Shown here: in pieces, positions 19,654 through 29,626 of the stretch
Layout: each line of letters starts with the position of its first letter
How positions within the stretch are numbered: position 1 is the first letter of the stretch
Assembly (NCBI GenBank): GCA_965199715.1
Contig: OZ241322.1
Span: 1,568,001-1,632,000 of the forward strand
Reading direction: 5' to 3'
From: Vicinamibacteria bacterium
Lineage (GTDB): Bacteria > Acidobacteriota > Vicinamibacteria > Marinacidobacterales > Marinacidobacteraceae
Length of the DNA stretch: 64,000 nucleotides
Notes under the pieces: generated by a model
Seen by the model: the letters and a program-made list of their open reading frames with translations, nothing else
Database searches by the model: none
Told to the model about the DNA's origin: nothing
Position numbers and translations under genes: made by a program

Positions 19654-20541
19654 TCATTGGGGAAGGGTCGGCGCGGCCATGTCGCCGGCGGCGAGCACGC
19701 GCAGCGCGACCTCGCGGGTTCGCAGGTCCGGGTCGGAGGCCCCGATCTCCCGCAACGCCTCCAGCACCCGGGGCGACCGGAGCGCTCCGGCGGCCTGGAT
19801 GGCGCTCAGCCGGGCCAGCATCCGCTCGCCCTCCCCGACGCCGGCGAGGCCGTTCCAGTAGGCGGGCCCCAGCATCCCGAGCAGGCGGCCCTCGGCGCTC
19901 GGATCGCCGAGCCGGGCGAGCGCGACGACCGCGTTCATGGACACGTCGATCTCGGGATCGTCCATTGCGCGCAGCAGCGAATCGGCGCCCCTCGGGTCGC
20001 CGATGGCGCCGAGCGCGTACACCGCCATGGTCCGCACGCCGGCGTCGGCGGACCGGCTCGCCGCGATCAGGGCGTCCACGGATCCCGGGCCGCCGATCGC
20101 GCCGAGCGCCCACGCGGCGTACACCTGGACCGTCGGGTCGTCGTCGTCGAGCGCCTCGACGAGCGCCGGCGTCGCGCGCGGGGTTCCGATGGTCCCGAGC
20201 GCCAGCGCGAGGTACTGGCGCACCCACGGGTCGGTCCGGGGGGCCTCCTCGAAGGCGCGCACCAGCTCCGGGGCGAGCGTGCGGTAGTCCTCGGCCTCGC
20301 CGTGCTGGATCCGGTTCGCCAGCTCGAACGCCGCCTGCCGCCGCTCGCGGGCGTTGCCGGAGCGGACGCGGTTCAGGTAGTCCTCGGCGGTGGTGTCGTC
20401 GGAAACCAGCCACGCGAACCCGAGGAACAGCCCGACGCCGACGACGACCACCCCCATCGGGATGACGAAGAGCTGGAGGAGGGTGCGGGCGAAGGAGACG
20501 TCCGGCTCGGCGTCGGGCGTCGGGCTCGCGGGCTCGGTCAT
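19654..20541 (-). CDS. Membrane-anchored HEAT-repeat (PBS lyase-like) protein
   Basis: N-terminal TM; repeats VRQYLALALGTIG, VQVYAAWALGAIG, VRTMAVYALGAIG. Confidence 0.85.
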   Translation of the reverse strand: MTEPASPTPDAEPDVSFARTLLQLFVIPMGVVVVGVGLFLGFAWLVSDDTTAEDYLNRVRSGNARERRQAAFELANRIQHGEAEDYRTLAPELVRAFEEAPRTDPWVRQYLALALGTIGTPRATPALVEALDDDDPTVQVYAAWALGAIGGPGSVDALIAASRSADAGVRTMAVYALGAIGDPRGADSLLRAMDDPEIDVSMNAVVALARLGDPSAEGRLLGMLGPAYWNGLAGVGEGERMLARLSAIQAAGALRSPRVLEALREIGASDPDLRTREVALRVLAAGDMAAPTLPQ

Positions 20542-20555
20542 CGATCAACCGGGAA

Positions 20556-21572
20556 TCATGGCGCCGCCGGCAGCGCGCCGAGACCGCGCATCAGCGCCAG
20601 ATCGGCGAGGACGCCCTCTAGCGTGGCGATGTCCACGGTCTGCGCCGGGTCGGTGTAGGCGGTGTCGGGGTGCGTGTGGGCCTCGACGAGGAGCCCGGCG
20701 GCGCCCACGCCGATGGCGGCGCGGGCGAGCGGGCGCACCCGGCTGCGGTGCGCGACCGAGCGCGAGGGGGCCACGAGCACCGGGAGATGGGAGATCTCGC
20801 GGGCGACCGGGACGGCGTGCAGGTCGAGCACGGTCCGGCCCTGCCCGCCGGTGCGCACGCCGCGCTCGCAGAGCGCCACGTCGTGCTTCTCCCGGGCCAG
20901 CAGCGATTCGGCGGCCATGAGCCACTCCTCGATGGAGGCCGAGGGAGCGCGTTCGAGGATCACCGGGATGCGGAACCCGGCGACGACCTCGAGGAGCGGC
21001 TCGTTTCCCATGTGGCTCGCCGGCACCTGGACCGCGTCCACCCGCTCGGCCACGTCCGCCGCCGAGCGCGGATCCACCACGTCGGAGACGATCGGAAGCC
21101 CGGTCTCCGCCCGCACGCGCTCCAGCGTGTGGAGCCCCTCGTCGCCGATCCCGCCGAACTGGTAGGGGCCGATCCGCTCGGACCAGAGCCGGGCGCGGAA
21201 GATCCGGACGCCGGCGGCGCGCACCCGCCGGGCGATCGCGAGCGTGCGGGCCTCGGTCTCGACGCTGCCGGGGCCGGCGATGACGACCGGCTCGGGCCCG
21301 CCCACCCGCACGTCGCCGATATGGACCTCGGTGCTCTCGGGATGGACCTCGCGGCTGACGAGTTTCCACGGCTTCGTGACCCGGATGCACTGGGCGACGC
21401 CCGGCAGCCGAACGATGTAGGAGTCGTCCACCGGGCCCCGGTTTCCGGTGACGCAGATGGCGGTGCGGCCTGCGCCGGGAACCCGCAGCGGCGCGTAGCC
21501 CATGTCCCGGATCGCGGACTCGACCCGCCGGCACTGGTCCTCGGTGGGACCGGGCTGCATGATGACGAGCAT
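20556..21572 (-). CDS. Type I-beta DAHP synthase homolog with ACT-like domain, degenerate active site
   Basis: KPWKLVSRE, IAGPGSVE, EEWLMAAE, LCERGVRT; key residues substituted. Confidence 0.85.
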   Translation of the reverse strand: MLVIMQPGPTEDQCRRVESAIRDMGYAPLRVPGAGRTAICVTGNRGPVDDSYIVRLPGVAQCIRVTKPWKLVSREVHPESTEVHIGDVRVGGPEPVVIAGPGSVETEARTLAIARRVRAAGVRIFRARLWSERIGPYQFGGIGDEGLHTLERVRAETGLPIVSDVVDPRSAADVAERVDAVQVPASHMGNEPLLEVVAGFRIPVILERAPSASIEEWLMAAESLLAREKHDVALCERGVRTGGQGRTVLDLHAVPVAREISHLPVLVAPSRSVAHRSRVRPLARAAIGVGAAGLLVEAHTHPDTAYTDPAQTVDIATLEGVLADLALMRGLGALPAAP

Positions 21573-21576
21573 CCTT

Positions 21577-22359
21577 CTATTCTCCGGGAGACAGTCGGCG
21601 GACCGCGCCGGCGAAGGCTTCGGGGAGCCGCTCGCGGTCGCTCCGGCCGATGACGCGGGCGAGGTGGCTGCCGACGACGGCGACCCGCGCGCCGGCTTCG
21701 AAGGCGCCCTCGACCTGGGACGAAGTCGAGATGCCGAACCCCAGGCAGACCGGCGTCGCGACGACGGCGACGACCTCCCGGACCCGGTCGAGCACCGGAT
21801 CGAAGGCGTCTTGGCGCACGCCGGTGACCCCTTGGAAACCGGCGAGATACAGCAGGTCCGACGCGCGGGCCAGCCGCGTCAGGCGGCCCTCGCCCGTGAG
21901 CGGCCCGGCGAGCTCGACGTGGCCGAGGCCGGCGCGGCGCGAGGCCCGGCGTAGCGGTCCGGCTTCGTCGAGCGGGATGTCCGGGGTCAGGAGCGACGAG
22001 GCCCCCGCCGCGGCCGCTTCCGACGCGAACCGCTCGTAGCCCATCCGGTGGACGAGGTTCCCGTAGATGAGCAGGTTCAGGGGCGTGTCCGGGCAGGCGT
22101 CCCGGATGCGCCCGAGGATTCCGAGCGCCGACCGGGTCGAGGTTCCGCCGGCGAGCGCGCGCTTCGCGGCCGCTTCGATCGCCGGCCCGTCGGCGACCGG
22201 GTCGCGGTAGGGGAACCCGAGTTCCAGCATCCCGGCCCCCGCCCCGACCGCGGTCCGCGCGAGCTCCACCGAGAGATCGGGGCTGGGGTCGCCGAGCATC
22301 AGGAACGGCGATACCCAAGGTCCGGCGGCCAGTTTCCGCCGCAGCAGCTTCCGGCTCAC
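21577..22359 (-). CDS. trpA: Tryptophan synthase alpha chain
   Basis: [29 protein letters not shown]. Confidence 0.95.
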   Translation of the reverse strand: MSRKLLRRKLAAGPWVSPFLMLGDPSPDLSVELARTAVGAGAGMLELGFPYRDPVADGPAIEAAAKRALAGGTSTRSALGILGRIRDACPDTPLNLLIYGNLVHRMGYERFASEAAAAGASSLLTPDIPLDEAGPLRRASRRAGLGHVELAGPLTGEGRLTRLARASDLLYLAGFQGVTGVRQDAFDPVLDRVREVVAVVATPVCLGFGISTSSQVEGAFEAGARVAVVGSHLARVIGRSDRERLPEAFAGAVRRLSPGE

Positions 22360-23543
22360 GGGGTCCGCCCGAGCGCGAAGTAGGTCTCGAGGTCCTTGTC
22401 GCCCCGTCCCGACAGGTTCAGGAGGACGCGGGCTCCCTCGGGGAGTTCGCCCCGGCTGACGGCGGCGAGCGCGAACGCGAGGGCGTGCGCCGACTCGAGC
22501 GCCGGGACGATTCCCTCGCTCACGGAGAGGAACTCGAAGGCCTCGAGCGCCTCCTCGTCGGTCGCGGCGACGTAGCGGGCCCGCCCGGTCTCGCGAAGGT
22601 GCGCGTGCTCCGGCCCCACGCCGGGGTAGTCCAGCCCGGCGGAGACGCTCTCGGCCTCGAGGATCTGGCCGTCGTCGTCTTGGAGCACCATGGTGCGCGC
22701 GCCGTGGAGCAGGCCCGGCGAGCCCCGCACCAGCGTCGCCCCGTGGCGGCCGGTCTCGAGGCCCGCGCCGCCGGGTTCGACCCCGATCAGCCGGACGTCG
22801 GAGTCCTTCAGGAACGGCTGGAAGATCCCGATCGCGTTGCTGCCGCCGCCGACGCAGGCGACCACGGCGTCCGGGAGCCCGCCGCGTTGCCGCCGCCACT
22901 GGCGCCGGGCCTCGCGGCCGATCACCGACTGGAAATCCCGCACCAGCCTCGGAAAGGGATGCGGGCCGGCGGCGGTGCCCAGCAGGTAGTGGGTCGCGCC
23001 GAGCGAGCGGGTCCAGTCGCGCAGCGCCTCGTTGATCGCGTCCTTGAGCGTGCGCCCGCCGGCCGTCACCGGAATCACCTCCGCCCCGTTGAGGCGCATC
23101 CGCCGGACGTTCGGGGCCTGGCGCTCCATGTCCCGCTCGCCCATGTAGATCACCGCCTCCATGCCGAGCCGGGCGGCGATCATGGCGGTGGCGGTTCCGT
23201 GCTGGCCGGCCCCGGTCTCGGCGATCAGGCGCGTCTTGCCCATCCGCCGGGCGAGCAGCGCCTGCCCGAGCACGTTGTTCGCCTTGTGGGCCCCGCCGTG
23301 GAGAAGGTCCTCGCGCTTGAGGACGACCGCCAGGCCGGCGCGGCGCGAGAACGACGGCACCCGGGTGAGCGGGGTGGGGCGCCCGACCCATTCGCGGGCC
23401 TCCCGGTCCAGGTCCGCCCGGAATTCCGGATCGCGGACGAAGGTCCGGCGGGCCTCTTCCAGCTCCTCGAGCGCCGGGATCAGGAGGTCCGAGACGAAGC
23501 GCCCGCCGAACGCCCCGAAGCCGCCGACGCGGGGACGATTCAT
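22356..23543 (-). CDS. trpB: Tryptophan synthase beta chain
   Basis: [44 protein letters not shown]. Confidence 0.97.
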   Translation of the reverse strand: MNRPRVGGFGAFGGRFVSDLLIPALEELEEARRTFVRDPEFRADLDREAREWVGRPTPLTRVPSFSRRAGLAVVLKREDLLHGGAHKANNVLGQALLARRMGKTRLIAETGAGQHGTATAMIAARLGMEAVIYMGERDMERQAPNVRRMRLNGAEVIPVTAGGRTLKDAINEALRDWTRSLGATHYLLGTAAGPHPFPRLVRDFQSVIGREARRQWRRQRGGLPDAVVACVGGGSNAIGIFQPFLKDSDVRLIGVEPGGAGLETGRHGATLVRGSPGLLHGARTMVLQDDDGQILEAESVSAGLDYPGVGPEHAHLRETGRARYVAATDEEALEAFEFLSVSEGIVPALESAHALAFALAAVSRGELPEGARVLLNLSGRGDKDLETYFALGRTP

Positions 23544-24154
23544 GATGCGGCGAGCTCGTCCACGAAGCGGCGCATCCGCTCGGGATCCTTGACTCCGGGG
23601 GCCGACTCGACCCCGCTGGAAACGTCCACGCCCCACGGCCGCCGCGGCGTGAGCCGGGCCACGTTCTCGGGGCGGAGGCCGCCCGCGATGAACGCCCGAT
23701 CGGGGGCGCGCTCGCCGAGGATGCGCCAGTCGAAAACCCGCCCGGTGCCGCCGCCCCCGACATCGAAGACGAGCGGCCCCTCCGCCGGCCGGGGAGGCCG
23801 GAAGTCCGGCAGCCGGGCGGCGCCGTCGGGAACCACGACGACCCGGTGAACGATGAAGCCGGCCGCCCGCAGCGCGTCGGCCCCGGAGCAGTCGAGGCCG
23901 TGGGGCTGGACCCGCTCCACGCCGAGGAAGCGGGCGTCCGCCTCCACCTGTTCCCGGCTGCGGCGTCCGGTGGCCAGCACCGGCCGCACTCCGGGGTCGG
24001 CCTCCCGCGCCGCCTCGATCACCCGGCGAGCCTCGTCGAGCGTGGCGGCGCGGGGGGAATCGGGGGCACGCACGATCCCGATCCAACGGGCGCCGAGCCG
24101 CACGGCGAGGCGGGCGTCCTCGGGCCGGCGGAGGCCGCAAATCTTGATCTCCAT
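23540..24154 (-). CDS. trpF: Phosphoribosylanthranilate isomerase
   Basis: [26 protein letters not shown]. Confidence 0.93.
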   Translation of the reverse strand: MEIKICGLRRPEDARLAVRLGARWIGIVRAPDSPRAATLDEARRVIEAAREADPGVRPVLATGRRSREQVEADARFLGVERVQPHGLDCSGADALRAAGFIVHRVVVVPDGAARLPDFRPPRPAEGPLVFDVGGGGTGRVFDWRILGERAPDRAFIAGGLRPENVARLTPRRPWGVDVSSGVESAPGVKDPERMRRFVDELAAS

Positions 24155-24156
24155 GG

Positions 24157-24900
24157 CTACATGAACGCCGCCGGGTCGGGAGCGCGCATGAGCGCCGTTC
24201 CGATCAGGACCGCGTCCGCCCGGCCGCGGACGGGGTCGAGGTGCGCGGGCTCCAGATAGCCGCTCTCGGCCACGGCGATCCGGTCGTCCGGAACGCGATC
24301 CAGAAGGCGCTCGGCGCGGCGGCGGTCCACGTCCAACGTGTCCAGATCCCGGTTGTTCACTCCGACGATCGCGCCAGGGAGCCGCAGCGCTTGTTCCAGT
24401 TCGGCCGGATCGTGGACCTCGACGAGAACGTCGAGGCCGATCTCCTGCGCCTCGGCGTGGAGCGCCCGGAGTTCGCCGCCTTCGAGGCAGCGGACGATGA
24501 GCAGGACCGCCGAGGCCCCCGCGGCGCGCCCGGCGCGGATCTGCGCCGCGTCCACCACGAAATCCTTCATGAGCGCGGGGATCCCGGACGCGCCGGCGGC
24601 GGTCCCGAGGTCGGCGAGCGAGCCGCCGAACGCGCCGGGCGCGGTCAGGACCGAGAGCGCGGCGGCGCCGGCGGCTCGGTAGCGGCGCGCCTGCTCCGCC
24701 GGGTCGGCGTCGCGGATGCGTCCCTCGGAGGGGCTGCGGCGCTTGAACTCGGCGATCACCGAGAGTCGGTCGCGCCCCCGGATCGCCTCCGCGAACGACG
24801 GCGGCGGAAACGCCGGGAGCACCGGCTCGGGGCCGGCGTTGAGCGCCGCGGCGCGCTCCCGGGCGGACCGGACGAGTCCGGCCATCACCCCGTCGGTCAC
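24157..24900 (-). CDS. trpC: Indole-3-glycerol phosphate synthase
   Basis: [29 protein letters not shown]. Confidence 0.95.
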   Translation of the reverse strand: MTDGVMAGLVRSARERAAALNAGPEPVLPAFPPPSFAEAIRGRDRLSVIAEFKRRSPSEGRIRDADPAEQARRYRAAGAAALSVLTAPGAFGGSLADLGTAAGASGIPALMKDFVVDAAQIRAGRAAGASAVLLIVRCLEGGELRALHAEAQEIGLDVLVEVHDPAELEQALRLPGAIVGVNNRDLDTLDVDRRRAERLLDRVPDDRIAVAESGYLEPAHLDPVRGRADAVLIGTALMRAPDPAAFM

Positions 24901-25916
24901 GAAGTCACCCGGACGCTGGTCTCGATGTAGCGATCCAGCGAGCGCAGGGCCTCGCCGTTCGCCAGAAGCTCGCGTGCGGACGCCACCCCGGCCCCGAGGT
25001 CGGGCGCGAGGCCGGCCGCCGCGATCGCGGCGGCCGCGTTCAGCGCCACCACGTCCCGGCGCGGCCCCTGATCGGCCCCCGAGAGGACGCCCCGGAGGAT
25101 CTCGGCGTTCTCCTTCGCGCTTCCGCCGGCCAGCGCCGAAATCGGCGCCTCCTTGAATCCGAAGTCGCCGGGGCGCGCCTCGAACTCGTGGATCGCGCCG
25201 CCCTCGACCCGGTGCCCCCGGGTGGTTCCGTGGAGGCCGATCTCGTCCAGGCCGTCGCAGTGGACGACGAGCGCCGAGGCGCAACCCAGTTCGAGCAGGG
25301 CTCCGGCCACGACCTCGGTCAGGTCGGGGTGATAGACCCCGACGAGCTGGCTGTCGGCGAGCGCCGGGTTCGCGAGCGGTCCGAGCACGTTGAACACGGT
25401 GCGGACGCCGAGCGCCCGGCGCACCGGCGCCACGTGCGCCATGGCCGGGTGGAAGGCCGGCGCGAAGAGGAAGACGAATCCGGTCGAGTCGAGGATGCGG
25501 ACGGCCTGCTCCGGGTTCAGGTGGAGCGGGGCGCCGCACGCCTCCAGCACGTCGGCGCTTCCGGTCATCGAGGAGACGCTGCGGTTGCCGTGCTTCGCGA
25601 CGGCGCCGCCCGCGGCGGCCACCACGAACGCCGACGCGGTCGAGATGTTGAAGGTGCCGCTGCGATCCCCCCCGGTGCCGCAGGTATCCACCAGCGGGCG
25701 CACCGCGGAGGTCACCGCCTTGCGGTGGCTGCGCATGACCCGGGCGCAGGCGGCGAGCGTGCCGGCGTCCGGCTCGCGGACGCGCAGCGCGACGAGCAGC
25801 GCGGCGGTTTCGACGGCGTCGCCCTCGCCCGACAGGATGCGGTGCAGCGCGGCCTCGAGGGCGGCGGACTCGGCGGATTGGCCGGCGAGAAGGGCTTCGA
25901 GAAGGTTGGCGATCAC
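24897..25916 (-). CDS. trpD: Anthranilate phosphoribosyltransferase
   Basis: DTCGTGGD, FNIST, KHGNRSVSS, GLDE; SD AAGGAG. Confidence 0.96.
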   Translation of the reverse strand: MIANLLEALLAGQSAESAALEAALHRILSGEGDAVETAALLVALRVREPDAGTLAACARVMRSHRKAVTSAVRPLVDTCGTGGDRSGTFNISTASAFVVAAAGGAVAKHGNRSVSSMTGSADVLEACGAPLHLNPEQAVRILDSTGFVFLFAPAFHPAMAHVAPVRRALGVRTVFNVLGPLANPALADSQLVGVYHPDLTEVVAGALLELGCASALVVHCDGLDEIGLHGTTRGHRVEGGAIHEFEARPGDFGFKEAPISALAGGSAKENAEILRGVLSGADQGPRRDVVALNAAAAIAAAGLAPDLGAGVASARELLANGEALRSLDRYIETSVRVTS

Positions 25917-26012
25917 GGGAAGGGACTCCTTGCGACGACTCGGGAGGGGGCGGCCGCCGGGTTGGTCGATGCTCGGGGCGGCCGCGGTCGGCGGCTCGGC
26001 TGGGCCGGAACT

Positions 26013-26096
26013 TCAGCCGACGGGAGAAAAGCGGGGGCGCATCCGGGGGCCCCGCCATCGAAATCGCTCGGCGGGGGCGGGGTACCGGGTCGTCAT
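26013..26096 (-). promoter_or_regulatory. Candidate trp leader peptide and attenuator
   Basis: uORF MTTRYPAPAERFRWRGPRMRPRFSPVG; GCGGGG/CCCCGC stem + TTTT at 26027-26056. Confidence 0.45.
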
Positions 26097-26152
26097 GGTC
26101 ACGCGTCGGGACGAGATTCTAAGCGAGCGTCGATCCGTACAATGGGCTGACG

Positions 26153-27673
26153 ATGCGGAAAGCCTTCGGAGCGGCGCTTCTCCTTGCTTGCGGGAGTCCC
26201 CCGCCGGAACCGGCGCTCTCGGTCGTCGAGCTGGATATCGCGGGGATCCACGCGGGGCTGGCGGCCGGCGACTTCCGCTGCTCCGAACTCGTCGCCGCCT
26301 ACCTCGCCCGGATCGAGGCCTACGACCGGCAGGGTCCCACGCTGAGCGCGATCGTGGCGGTGAACCCGCAGGCCGAATCGCGCGCCCGAAAGGCGGACGA
26401 GCGCATCGCCCGGGACGGGATCGCCCGCCCGCTCGAGTGCGTGCCGATGATCGTGAAGGACAACTACGACACGGCGGACATGCCCACGACCGCCGGTTCG
26501 GCCTCGCTCGCCGCGTCCGTTCCGCCGGACGACGCCTTCCAGGTGCGGCGGATCCGGGAAGCCGGGGCCATCGTGCTGGCCAAGTCGAACATGGCGGAGT
26601 TCGCGTTCAGCCCGAACGAGAGCCTCGGGTCGGTGGTGCCCGGGCACACCCGCAACCCCTACGACCCCCGCCGCGTGCCCGCCGGCTCCTCGGGCGGCAC
26701 CGCGGCCGCGGTCGCGGCCAGCTTCGGCGCGGTCGGGCTGGGCACCGACACCGGGAACTCGATCCGCGGCCCGTCCTCGCACGCGGCGCTCGTCGGAATC
26801 CGCTCCACGATGGGGATCACGAGCCGCGACGGGATCGTGCCGCTGAACCTGTTCCGCGACGTCGGCGGGCCGATGGCGCGCACCGTCGAGGACGCGGTGC
26901 GGGTGTTCGACGTGATCGCGGGGCCGGATCCGGCGGATCCCGCCACCGAGGGCTTCGAACGCGACGAGGACTACCGGACGGCGCTCGACGCCGCGCCGCT
27001 CGACGGGATGCGGATCGGCGCGGTCCGGCAGCTCTCGGACGTGGAGACCGCCGATCCCGAAATCCTCGCGCTCTTCGAGGCGGCGCTCGCGGACCTCGCG
27101 GCGCTCGGGGCCGAGATCGTGGGTCCGGTCGTGATCCCGATGCTGGACGAGGAGCGCAGCCTGTGGTGCAACCCGTTCAAGGCGCACCTCGAGGCGTATC
27201 TCATGAGCCTCGGGCCGGACGCGCCGGTGCGGACGCTCGCCGAAATCGTGGAGGGCGGCGACTTCCACCCGTCCATCGAGGGACGGCTCGAAACGGCGCT
27301 CGAGGTCGAGGAAGCGCCGGAGAACGGCTGCGCCGACGCCATGGCGGGAGCCGACGCGCTGCGCGCCGAGGTCGAGGCGGCCTTCGCCGGCGACGGGCTG
27401 ACCGCGCTCGCGTACCCCACGTGGAGCAACCCGCCGCGGATGCTCGGGGATCTCGTGACTCCGGGCGGAAACAACTCGTACCAGTTGTCGCCGCCGACCG
27501 GCTTCCCTGCGGTCACCGTTCCGATGGGGTTCACGGGCGACGGACTGCCCGGCGGGCTGCAATTGCTCGGGCGGGCGCGGCAGGAGGCGGCGCTGATCCG
27601 GCTCGCCTTCGCGTTCGAGCAGGCCACGCTCCACCGCCGGCCGCCGCCGACCACGCCGGAACTCGCGCCGTGA
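26153..27673 (+). CDS. Amidase signature family lipoprotein
   Basis: LLLAC lipobox; VKDN, GSSGG, GTDTGNSIR. Confidence 0.92.
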   Translation: MRKAFGAALLLACGSPPPEPALSVVELDIAGIHAGLAAGDFRCSELVAAYLARIEAYDRQGPTLSAIVAVNPQAESRARKADERIARDGIARPLECVPMIVKDNYDTADMPTTAGSASLAASVPPDDAFQVRRIREAGAIVLAKSNMAEFAFSPNESLGSVVPGHTRNPYDPRRVPAGSSGGTAAAVAASFGAVGLGTDTGNSIRGPSSHAALVGIRSTMGITSRDGIVPLNLFRDVGGPMARTVEDAVRVFDVIAGPDPADPATEGFERDEDYRTALDAAPLDGMRIGAVRQLSDVETADPEILALFEAALADLAALGAEIVGPVVIPMLDEERSLWCNPFKAHLEAYLMSLGPDAPVRTLAEIVEGGDFHPSIEGRLETALEVEEAPENGCADAMAGADALRAEVEAAFAGDGLTALAYPTWSNPPRMLGDLVTPGGNNSYQLSPPTGFPAVTVPMGFTGDGLPGGLQLLGRARQEAALIRLAFAFEQATLHRRPPPTTPELAP

Positions 27674-27702
27674 CCGCCTAAACTCACGGCGCACATTTCC
27701 CC

Positions 27703-27984
27703 ATGCCGATCTACGAATACGAGTGCGCGGCGTGCGACCGGACCTTCGAGGCGCTCCAGCGGGTCAGCGACGCGCCGATCGAGACCTGCCGCCATTGCGG
27801 CGGCGCCGCCAGCCGCATGATCTCGTCGCCCGCGATCCAATTCGTGGGAAGCGGTTGGTATGTGACCGACTACGCGCGCAAGGGCGCGGCGAAGAAGGAC
27901 GGCGCCCATGGTTCCAGCAAGAAGGACGGCGCTTCCGGCACGGCGGCCAAGGAAACGGCGAAGCCCGCGGCGGCGGCTTCCTGA
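27703..27984 (+). CDS. FmdB-family zinc-ribbon protein
   Basis: MPIYEYECAAC...CRHCGG...FVGSGWYVTDY. Confidence 0.9.
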   Translation: MPIYEYECAACDRTFEALQRVSDAPIETCRHCGGAASRMISSPAIQFVGSGWYVTDYARKGAAKKDGAHGSSKKDGASGTAAKETAKPAAAAS

Positions 27985-28861
27985 GCTGCTGCTCGCGCTG
28001 GCGCTCGCTCCCCTGGGCGCGGCCGCGCAGGCTCCCGAGTGCGAGGCCGCCTTCCAGGCCGCCGACTGGCCGCAGGCGATCCTGAGCTGCCGGGCGGCGC
28101 TCGCCGACGAGCCCGACTCCTTCGGCGTCCGCTACTTCCTCGCCTACGCCCATCAGGGGGCGGGCGAATGGAGCGCGGCCGCGGCCGCATTCGAGGAGTT
28201 CCTCGCCCGCGTCGAGAAGGATCCGGAAGCCATGGAGCGGATGGGCGAGCAGGTCGGTTTCGCGGTCCGCAGCGCCGGGGTGGCGCGCGCCCGCTCCGGC
28301 GAATTCGACGCCGCGGCCCCGTGGCTGCGGCGCGCGGCGGAGGCGACCCCCGAGGACGCCGAAGTGGCCTTCTGGCTCGGGTACGGACTTCAGGACCGGG
28401 AGCCGGACGAGGCGGAGGCCGCGTTCCGGACCGTCGTGGAGCGCGCCCCCGACGTGGCCGAGGCGCTCTTCCTGCTTGGGCGGCTCCGCTTCCGCGCCGA
28501 CGACTCCGCGGAGGCGGAGGCGCTCCTCGGCCGCTATCTCGCCGCCGATCCGGCGGGAGCGTTCGCCGGCGAGGCCCATTGGATGGCCGCCTCGCTCGCG
28601 CTGCGGGACGAGGCGGCGACGGCTCGGGCGGCGGCGCACTTCGCCGGCTTCCTCGAGGCGGGCGGCGGGGGCTCCCGCGCCGCCGCCGCCCACTACTTCC
28701 TCGGCGATCTCGCAGCGGAAGCGGACGACTGCGCCGGCGCGATCGAGCACTACCGCCGCTTCGTGGAGCTTGTCCCCGACGACCCCCGGGTTTCCGAGGT
28801 GGATGAGTACGTCGCGGCGACGGCGGCCGGCTGCGAGCCGGGTACCATCGGGTTCCGGTGA
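27908..28861 (+). CDS. Secreted TPR protein 1 (start uncertain, probably near 27985)
   Basis: Signal peptide LLLALALAPLGAAAQ, TPR-like helices, C-x15-C. Confidence 0.75.
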   Translation: MVPARRTALPARRPRKRRSPRRRLPELLLALALAPLGAAAQAPECEAAFQAADWPQAILSCRAALADEPDSFGVRYFLAYAHQGAGEWSAAAAAFEEFLARVEKDPEAMERMGEQVGFAVRSAGVARARSGEFDAAAPWLRRAAEATPEDAEVAFWLGYGLQDREPDEAEAAFRTVVERAPDVAEALFLLGRLRFRADDSAEAEALLGRYLAADPAGAFAGEAHWMAASLALRDEAATARAAAHFAGFLEAGGGGSRAAAAHYFLGDLAAEADDCAGAIEHYRRFVELVPDDPRVSEVDEYVAATAAGCEPGTIGFR

Positions 28862-29571
28862 CTCGATTCCTGATCCTGGCCGCGTTGCTCGCCGCCGCGC
28901 CGGCGCTGCCCCAAAACGCCGCGTCCCGGTGCCAGCGCGCCATCAATCTCCAAGAGCCGGCGGCCGTCCTCGCATCCTGTCCCGCCGGTCTCGACATGCT
29001 CCCCGCCCGGCATCCCTGGGAGCGGTCGTTCCGCGTGAGCCTCCAGTGGGCGCGGGAGATCGCGTGCCCCGAGGCGGTGGCGGCCGACGACCAGGCGGCG
29101 GTCGTCGCGCACTGCGCTCCCCTCCTCGCCAGCGCTCCGGAGTGGGCGCGCTTCGCGTTTCCGCTCGGGCGCGCCTGGGCGGAGCGGGGGGAATGGGAGC
29201 GCGCCGCCGAGGTCGCGGAGCGGACCGCCGGGAATCCGGACGTCCACTACTACCGCGCACGGGCCGCGATCCTCCGGGGCGACGGCGAGCGCGCCCGCGC
29301 CGAGCTGCGGCGCTACGTGGAGCTGCTTCCGGACGGGGAGTTCGCCGCCGATGCGCACTGGCGGCTTGCGGACCTTCGCGGCTTCGTCCGGGCGGCGGCC
29401 TCCCGCGACCCGCGCCTGCGGGAGGCGTTCTTCCGGCTCGGGAGCGCGGAGGCGGCGGCCGGGAACTGCGAGGCGGCGAATTCGTGGTTCGAGCGGTTCG
29501 CGGCGCGGGCGCCGGACGACCCGAGGAACGCGGACGTTCCCGACCTGATCGCGGAGTGCGCGGCCCCGTAG
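28858..29571 (+). CDS. Secreted TPR protein 2
   Basis: GTGA overlap, signal peptide, two C-x15-C, TPR helices. Confidence 0.78.
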   Translation: MTRFLILAALLAAAPALPQNAASRCQRAINLQEPAAVLASCPAGLDMLPARHPWERSFRVSLQWAREIACPEAVAADDQAAVVAHCAPLLASAPEWARFAFPLGRAWAERGEWERAAEVAERTAGNPDVHYYRARAAILRGDGERARAELRRYVELLPDGEFAADAHWRLADLRGFVRAAASRDPRLREAFFRLGSAEAAAGNCEAANSWFERFAARAPDDPRNADVPDLIAECAAP

Positions 29572-29626
29572 CGGCGGCCCGCAGTGTGCTAGTTTTTTTC
29601 CGCCGCCCGTGCAGGAGACCCTCATC

